DNA of 64,000 bases, from positions 8,111 to 72,110 of the forward strand of contig CAMYIN010000164.1 of assembly GCA_947258495.1 (NCBI GenBank). The letters run 5' to 3'. The DNA is from an uncultured Gammaproteobacteria bacterium. GTDB taxonomy: Bacteria; Pseudomonadota; Gammaproteobacteria; Arenicellales; JAANXG01. How positions within the stretch are numbered: position 1 is the stretch's first letter; each line of letters begins with the position of its first letter. Positions 59,247 through 64,000 of this stretch are shown here, one piece after another. Made by a program: the position numbers and the translations under genes. The notes beneath the pieces were generated by a model. The model was not told where the DNA came from. It ran no database searches and saw only the letters and a list, made by a program, of their open reading frames with translations.

Positions 59247-59837
59247 CTATCCGCTAGCGCCGTAAGCGGATTCCCATCCCCAGGTCTGGGGCCTGCCTCC
59301 GCGTTTCAATACCCGTTGCCGGTAGATGTCTGCGATCATGTCGCCGTCGCCCGCGAGTAACGCCTTGGTGGAACACATCTCCGCGCACAGTGGCAATTTG
59401 CCCTCGGCTATACGGTTACGTCCGTATTTCTCGTATTCCTTGTTGGAGTTGTCCGCGAGTGGACCACCGGCGCAGAAGGTGCATTTATCCATCTTGCCGC
59501 GCACGCCGAAGGCTGATTGCTGCGGATACTGCGGCGCGCCAAAGGGACAGGCGTAGAAGCAGTAGCCGCAGCCGATGCACAAATCCTTATCGTGCAGCAC
59601 GATGCCGTCGTCGGTGGTGTAGAAACAGTCCACCGGACACACCGCCGCGCAGGGAGCGTCGGTGCAGTGCATGCAGGCCACCGAGATCGATTTCTCGCCC
59701 GGCACGCCGTCGTTGAGCGTCACCACCCTGCGGCGATTGACGCCCCAAGGCACCTCGTGCTCGTTCTTACAAGCGGTGACACAGGAGTTACACTCGATGC
59801 ACCGCTCAGCGTCACAAAGAAATTTCATTCTTGCCAT
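59247..59837 (-). CDS. Formate dehydrogenase beta subunit (4x[4Fe-4S] ferredoxin-type, no TM anchor)
   Basis: Cys clusters CIECNSCVTAC, CMHCTDAPCAAVCP, CIGCGYCFYACP, CTFC...CAEMC; 196 aa. Confidence 0.9.
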   Translation of the reverse strand: MARMKFLCDAERCIECNSCVTACKNEHEVPWGVNRRRVVTLNDGVPGEKSISVACMHCTDAPCAAVCPVDCFYTTDDGIVLHDKDLCIGCGYCFYACPFGAPQYPQQSAFGVRGKMDKCTFCAGGPLADNSNKEYEKYGRNRIAEGKLPLCAEMCSTKALLAGDGDMIADIYRQRVLKRGGRPQTWGWESAYGASG

Positions 59838-59849
59838 GGTCTATCCTCC

Positions 59850-62729
59850 TCACGCTGGCCGGATCTGACACAGGGTGACCTTGGTCTCCTGCATCTGTGT
59901 CACCGAGTCGTAACCGTAGGTCATCGCGGTATTGCACGCTTCACCGCGCACCAAAGGCGCCGTACCGGGCGGGTATTTGGCAACCAGGTCCTGGCCCTGG
60001 AACCAGCCGCCGAAGTGGAACGGGGTGAAAACGACCCCCGGCGCGACCCGCCGCGTCACCATGGCCTTGACCTTGATCTTGGCGCCTTCGGGACTGTCTA
60101 CCCACACCATCTGCCCGTCGCGGATACCGATATTGTTCGCGTCCGTGGGATTGATCTCGACGAACATGTCCTGCTGCAACTCCGCCAGCCACGGATTCGA
60201 GCGCTGTTCCTCGCCTCCGCCTTCGTATTCCACCAGGCGGCCGCTGGTCCAGACAATAGGATAGTCCTTGGAAAAATCCTGGACCTGGATGGAAGCGTAG
60301 CGCGTCGGCAGACGGTAGAAGCGCTTGCGGTCCTCGTAGGTCGGGTAATCCGTGACCAGATCCCGCCGCGGCGTATACAGCGGCTCACGGTGGATCGGTA
60401 CCGGATCGGGGAAGGTCCACACCACGGTCCGCGCCTTGGCGTTGCCGAACGGCGCGCAGCCGTGCTTGATCGCCACCCGCTGGATGCCGCCGGAGAGGTC
60501 CGTCTTCCAGTTCTTACCCTCCGCGAGCTGCTTCTCCTCGGGCGTGAGGTCGTCCCACCAGCCGAGTTGCTTCAGCATGTCGGCGGTAAACTCCGGATAG
60601 CCGTCCTTGATTTCGGAGCCGACGCTATAGGAAGCCTCCGCCAGCAGGTTCTCGCCGTCGCGTTCCACGCCGAAACGCGCGCGGAACGTCAGACCGCCCT
60701 CGGCAACCGGCTTGCTCGGATCGTACAGCACCGGCGTACCGGGGTGCTTCATCTCCGGCGGTCCCCAGCTCGGCCAGGGCATGCCGTAGTAGTCGCCGTC
60801 CGCGGGTCCGCCTTCGGCCTTGAGGGTGGTGGTGTTGAAGGTCTTGCGGTTCTCGGCGTGCAGCTTCAATCTTTCCGGGCTCTGACCGGTGTAACCGATG
60901 GTCCACATGCCGCGGTTGATTTCCCGGGTCACGTCCTCGATCAGGGGCTCTTCACCGTTCACCTGGATGTTCTTGAAGAACTGCTCCGCGAATCCCAGCT
61001 TCTTCGCCAGCTTGTACATGATGACGTGGTCCGGCAGCGACTCCCATACCGGATCGATAAGCTTATCGCGCCACTGGATGGAACGGTTGGACGCAGTCAC
61101 CGATCCGTAGGTCTCGAACTGGGTCGACGCCGGCAGCAGATAGGTGCCTTCCTTGCGGTCGTTCATTACCGCGGCGTGCGTCGGATAGGGATCGACGATC
61201 ACCATGAGGTCCATCATCTCCATCGCCTTCTTCATTTCGGGGCCGCGGGTCTGACTATTGACCGCGTGGCCCCAGAGAAAAATGGCCCGGACCCGGTCCT
61301 TCTGCCCCATGTTCTTGGGATCCTCCAGCACACCGTCTATCCAGCGCGACACCGGGATGCCCTTGTAATTCATCGGCTGTACCGGTTTGCCCTTGTCGCC
61401 CTCGACCTGATCCTGAGCGAAACGCGACTTCACCCACTCGGGATCGAGGCCCCACACCTTGCTCCAGTGATTCCAGGAGCCGGCGGAAAGACCGTAGTAG
61501 CCGGGAAGGGTGTGCGACAGCACGCCCAGATCGGTGGCGCCCTGAACGTTGTCGTGCCCACGGAAGATGTTGGCACCGCCGCCGGACTTGCCGATGTTGC
61601 CGAGCGCCAATTGAAACACGCAGTAGGAACGCGTGTTGTTGTTGCCGATGGTGTGCTGGGTGCCGCCCATGCACCAGACGATGGTGCCGGGTCGGTTTTC
61701 GGCCATGATCTGCGCGGCCTTTTTCACTACGTCGGGGGGCGTGCCGGTAACTCTCTCCGTTTCTTCAGGCGTCCATTTCTTCACTTCTTCGCGGATCTGA
61801 TCCATGCCCCATACGCGCTGGCGGACGTACACCGTATCCTCCCAGCCGTTCTCGAAGATGTGCCACAACATTCCCCACATGAGCGCGACGTCGGTGCCGG
61901 GCCGGAAACGGACGAAGTGATCCGCGTGGGCCGCGGTGCGAGTGAAGCGCGGGTCGCAGACGATCATTTTGGCGCCGTTTTCCTTCGCCCGCAGGATGTG
62001 CTGCATCGCTACGGGATGCGCTTCCGCCGCGTTGCTGCCGATGAACAGCATCGCCTTGCAGTTGTGCATGTCGTTATAGGAATTGGTCATGGCGCCGTAG
62101 CCCCAGGTGTTCGCCACACCGGCCACGGTGGTGGAATGACAGATGCGCGCCTGATGGTCCACGTTGTTGGTGCCCCACATGGCGGCCATTTTTCTGAACA
62201 GGTAGGACTGCTCGTTGTTGTGCTTGGCGGAGCCCAGCCAGTATACCGAGTCAGGACCGGATTCCTTGCGGATCTTGAGCACCTGGTCGCCGATCTCGTT
62301 GATGGCCTCGTCCCAGGAAATTTTCTTCCACTTACCGCCCGTCAGTTTCATGGGGTACTTCAAGCGGTGCTCGCCGATGCCGTGCTCCCGCACCGAGGCA
62401 CCCTTGGCACAATGCGAGCCCAGATTGAACGGCGATTCGAAATCGGGCTCCTGTCCGGTCCATACGCCGTTCTGCACCTCCGCAACGACGCCGCAACCCA
62501 CGGAGCAGTGCGTGCATACCGAGCGCCTCAGTTCCGTCTCGACGCCTTCCTGCGGAGAAGCTCCCTTCGCTTCCGCCCGCCGAATCATGCCGGCGGGCAA
62601 TACCCCGGCCACCGCAGCGCCTCCGAGGGCGACGCCGGATCGGCGCAGGAATGCCCGCCGATCGATGGCCTCGCCGAGACCGAACGCGGTGGATATACCT
62701 TCGGCGCCTCGTTTCTTGATCAACTTCAT
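59850..62729 (-). CDS. Formate dehydrogenase alpha subunit (Mo/W-bisPGD, Tat-exported, Cys-type active site)
   Basis: ATG 62729 after GAGGAGAG SD. Tat signal IDRRAFLRRSGVALGGAAVAG; FS0 motif CTHCSVGCG. HQARICHSTTVAG aligns with FdnG ARVUHGPTVA, with Cys (TGT at 62139-62141) in place of Sec. Confidence 0.9.
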   Translation of the reverse strand: MKLIKKRGAEGISTAFGLGEAIDRRAFLRRSGVALGGAAVAGVLPAGMIRRAEAKGASPQEGVETELRRSVCTHCSVGCGVVAEVQNGVWTGQEPDFESPFNLGSHCAKGASVREHGIGEHRLKYPMKLTGGKWKKISWDEAINEIGDQVLKIRKESGPDSVYWLGSAKHNNEQSYLFRKMAAMWGTNNVDHQARICHSTTVAGVANTWGYGAMTNSYNDMHNCKAMLFIGSNAAEAHPVAMQHILRAKENGAKMIVCDPRFTRTAAHADHFVRFRPGTDVALMWGMLWHIFENGWEDTVYVRQRVWGMDQIREEVKKWTPEETERVTGTPPDVVKKAAQIMAENRPGTIVWCMGGTQHTIGNNNTRSYCVFQLALGNIGKSGGGANIFRGHDNVQGATDLGVLSHTLPGYYGLSAGSWNHWSKVWGLDPEWVKSRFAQDQVEGDKGKPVQPMNYKGIPVSRWIDGVLEDPKNMGQKDRVRAIFLWGHAVNSQTRGPEMKKAMEMMDLMVIVDPYPTHAAVMNDRKEGTYLLPASTQFETYGSVTASNRSIQWRDKLIDPVWESLPDHVIMYKLAKKLGFAEQFFKNIQVNGEEPLIEDVTREINRGMWTIGYTGQSPERLKLHAENRKTFNTTTLKAEGGPADGDYYGMPWPSWGPPEMKHPGTPVLYDPSKPVAEGGLTFRARFGVERDGENLLAEASYSVGSEIKDGYPEFTADMLKQLGWWDDLTPEEKQLAEGKNWKTDLSGGIQRVAIKHGCAPFGNAKARTVVWTFPDPVPIHREPLYTPRRDLVTDYPTYEDRKRFYRLPTRYASIQVQDFSKDYPIVWTSGRLVEYEGGGEEQRSNPWLAELQQDMFVEINPTDANNIGIRDGQMVWVDSPEGAKIKVKAMVTRRVAPGVVFTPFHFGGWFQGQDLVAKYPPGTAPLVRGEACNTAMTYGYDSVTQMQETKVTLCQIRPA

Positions 62730-62789
62730 CGCAATCTCTCCTCTCAACAAAGCGTAATTCGTTTCACGATTCGAGCCTGACGCGAGCGC

Positions 62790-62996
62790 CTAGAACCGCG
62801 CCTTCTGGTAGTACTCCAAAATGTGCGGGGTGACGTGATACCCCCGCGATTTTTCGTCCGGTTCTTCCGCCGTCATCTCGCGCGGACGGCTGGCCGCGAC
62901 ACTCTGGCCGAGGGACGACATCGCCGCCGCGCTACCGGCCAGGGCGGCGCCCTTCAAAAAGCCTCGACGGCTCAACCCTACGTCTTTCTCTTTCAT
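62790..62996 (-). CDS. Small formate-dehydrogenase-region Tat-target protein (TIGR02811-like)
   Basis: Twin-arginine LSRRGFLKGAALAGSAAA. The C-terminal YHVTPHILEYY fits the family motif Y-[HRK]-x-[TS]-x-H-[IV]-x-x-[YF]-Y as I recall it. Confidence 0.8.
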   Translation of the reverse strand: MKEKDVGLSRRGFLKGAALAGSAAAMSSLGQSVAASRPREMTAEEPDEKSRGYHVTPHILEYYQKARF

Positions 62997-63074
62997 CTGG
63001 AGTCTCCTCCTTCAGGTCATTGAACTAGTAACCAATACGCTTCAGTAAACAGCCTGTTGCAGGTCGACCGGTGG

Positions 63075-63740
63075 TCAATTGGGCGTCATCGCCAGATACT
63101 GTTGGTCCACCCGTAAAAACTTTTCGCCAAGCATTCCTACCGCACTGTAGAACTCCGCGTTCTCGGCCTCCTGCAGATCCTGAAAAAACCGGATCATCCA
63201 GGGTCCGACATGGTCGTCGAAAAACTTTTTCTCGCGACCGGCACCCACATCGGCGTCCAAGATCAACAGCCCCATGGTCTCACACAGCGCCGCCGCGTGA
63301 TCTTCCGGCTCCTTTACGTCTGCGCTGCGGGCGTATCCGAGTTGCTTCAAGTCCTGACGCAATTCCGCAAGCGGTCTTTCCATGACGAAACCGGTCAGAT
63401 ACCAGGACGCGTAAGGCATCACCTCCCCGCGCGTCACACCGATGAAGAGCGCGTGGTACTCGTCGTCCACGGCATCCACGGTGGTGCTGTGCGCGGCCAG
63501 CGCCAGCGTCCGCCAGGCCAGCGCCAGCGGTGCGTCCTCCTCCTGCTCGCCCTGCTCCACGCCCTCGAGCGTGCGCAGCAACCCCTGGTCCGGGGGCGCC
63601 GCCAGCAATGCCGCCAGCAATCGATACGTATTGGCCCGCAGGGCGCCGTCCGCATCGCCGCTTTGACCGCGGCTGGAGAGCGCCCGCCCGCCGGTCATGG
63701 ACGCTTTTCCTGGCGTTTGCCGTTGCACAGTTCGTGCCAC
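63075..63740 (-). CDS. TorD/DmsD-family redox-enzyme maturation chaperone
   Basis: ANTYRLLAALLAAPP...EYHALFIG...PYASWYLTG pattern typical of TorD-like REMPs. Upstream of the FDH structural genes. Start uncertain. Confidence 0.7.
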   Translation of the reverse strand: MARTVQRQTPGKASMTGGRALSSRGQSGDADGALRANTYRLLAALLAAPPDQGLLRTLEGVEQGEQEEDAPLALAWRTLALAAHSTTVDAVDDEYHALFIGVTRGEVMPYASWYLTGFVMERPLAELRQDLKQLGYARSADVKEPEDHAAALCETMGLLILDADVGAGREKKFFDDHVGPWMIRFFQDLQEAENAEFYSAVGMLGEKFLRVDQQYLAMTPN

Positions 63741-63848
63741 AGTTTCAAGGAAAATTCGGAGTAAAACTGACTAAATATCATGGTCGTTTCCGGGTAGACA
63801 GTGTTCTTATTACCGAGCCGGGTGCGCAACGGGCCGCACTTCGGGTAG

Positions 63849-64000
63849 TTATGACCCACTGTTGGGGCCTCGCTCGGAGGGTTTGTCGTAGACTTCGAGG
63901 CCGCCGTCCTGGAGGTATATGTCTTCGATGCGGCAGTCCTCGCACATCTCCAGGCGCCGGCGCTGGGACGCGTTACTGAACATCCAATGTCCTTCGAGCT
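63849..64000 (-). CDS. 3' end of an unidentified ORF running off the window edge
   Basis: Hand translation of the minus strand: ...LEGHWMFSNASQRRRLEMCEDCRIEDIYLQDGGLEVYDKPSERGPNSGS, stop at 63849-63851. Same direction as the FDH operon. Confidence 0.4.
   Translation of the reverse strand, partial: LEGHWMFSNASQRRRLEMCEDCRIEDIYLQDGGLEVYDKPSERGPNSGS

Noticed and set aside
62139-62141. Checked the FDH alpha active-site codon for an in-frame UGA (selenocysteine)
   Set aside because: The codon is TGT (Cys) within HQARICHSTTVAG and the ORF is uninterrupted. There is no recoding and no need for a SECIS element.
59517-62780. 1087-aa plus-strand ORF, the longest in the window
   Set aside because: It is antisense to the FDH alpha/beta genes, which have unmistakable Fe-S and Mo-bisPGD motifs. 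The plus-strand translation is low-complexity (Arg/Gly/His/Val-rich) with no motif.

Overview
High-GC, gammaproteobacterial-type chromosome segment. About half is core and highly syntenic. It carries pilC (5' truncated), pilD and coaE, then a Nudix/ThiE-like fusion, argJ, secA, an M23 peptidase, a DUF721/DciA-like gene and lpxC. A complete minus-strand dcw cluster follows, from ftsZ back to mraZ. Upstream of mraZ are a recognisable sigma70 promoter and three phased GTGNN boxes (MraZ-operator-like). Next come an RNase P RNA (rnpB, minus strand, about 475 nt, with enlarged helices), rsmI, and the lpoA-yraN-diaA-dolP cluster extended by rfaE2. The second half (about 34-64 kb) is more accessory. 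It contains a translationally coupled macro-domain/PBP-like pair, rppH, a HAD hydrolase and a LysR regulator. It also has an orphan PilT-like ATPase, a periplasmic SCP2 protein next to a FadL-family porin, and a Sel1 protein. Further on are a MoxR-AAA+/VWA-metallopeptidase (DUF2201-type) pair, an FNR-type 2Fe-2S reductase, cysG, a Met-rich secreted DUF302 protein and an SDR. A split HTH/S24-peptidase pair sits in front of moaC, followed by scattered Moco genes (moaC, moaD, mobA) and a BirA-like ligase with a degenerate motif. An AioB-like Tat/Rieske-fold protein lacks one His ligand. A periplasmic Cys-type formate dehydrogenase operon closes the window; it includes a small Tat-target protein, two tiny paralogous lipoproteins, an unknown protein and a secreted ankyrin protein. 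Two unusually long, hairpin-dense non-coding regions (2098-2643 and 39378-39873) share a palindromic repeat family. Many long opposite-strand ORFs in the track are GC-driven shadow frames and were rejected. No CRISPR array, tRNA, rRNA or intact mobile element could be supported. All family assignments rest on motifs read by eye; no searches were run.
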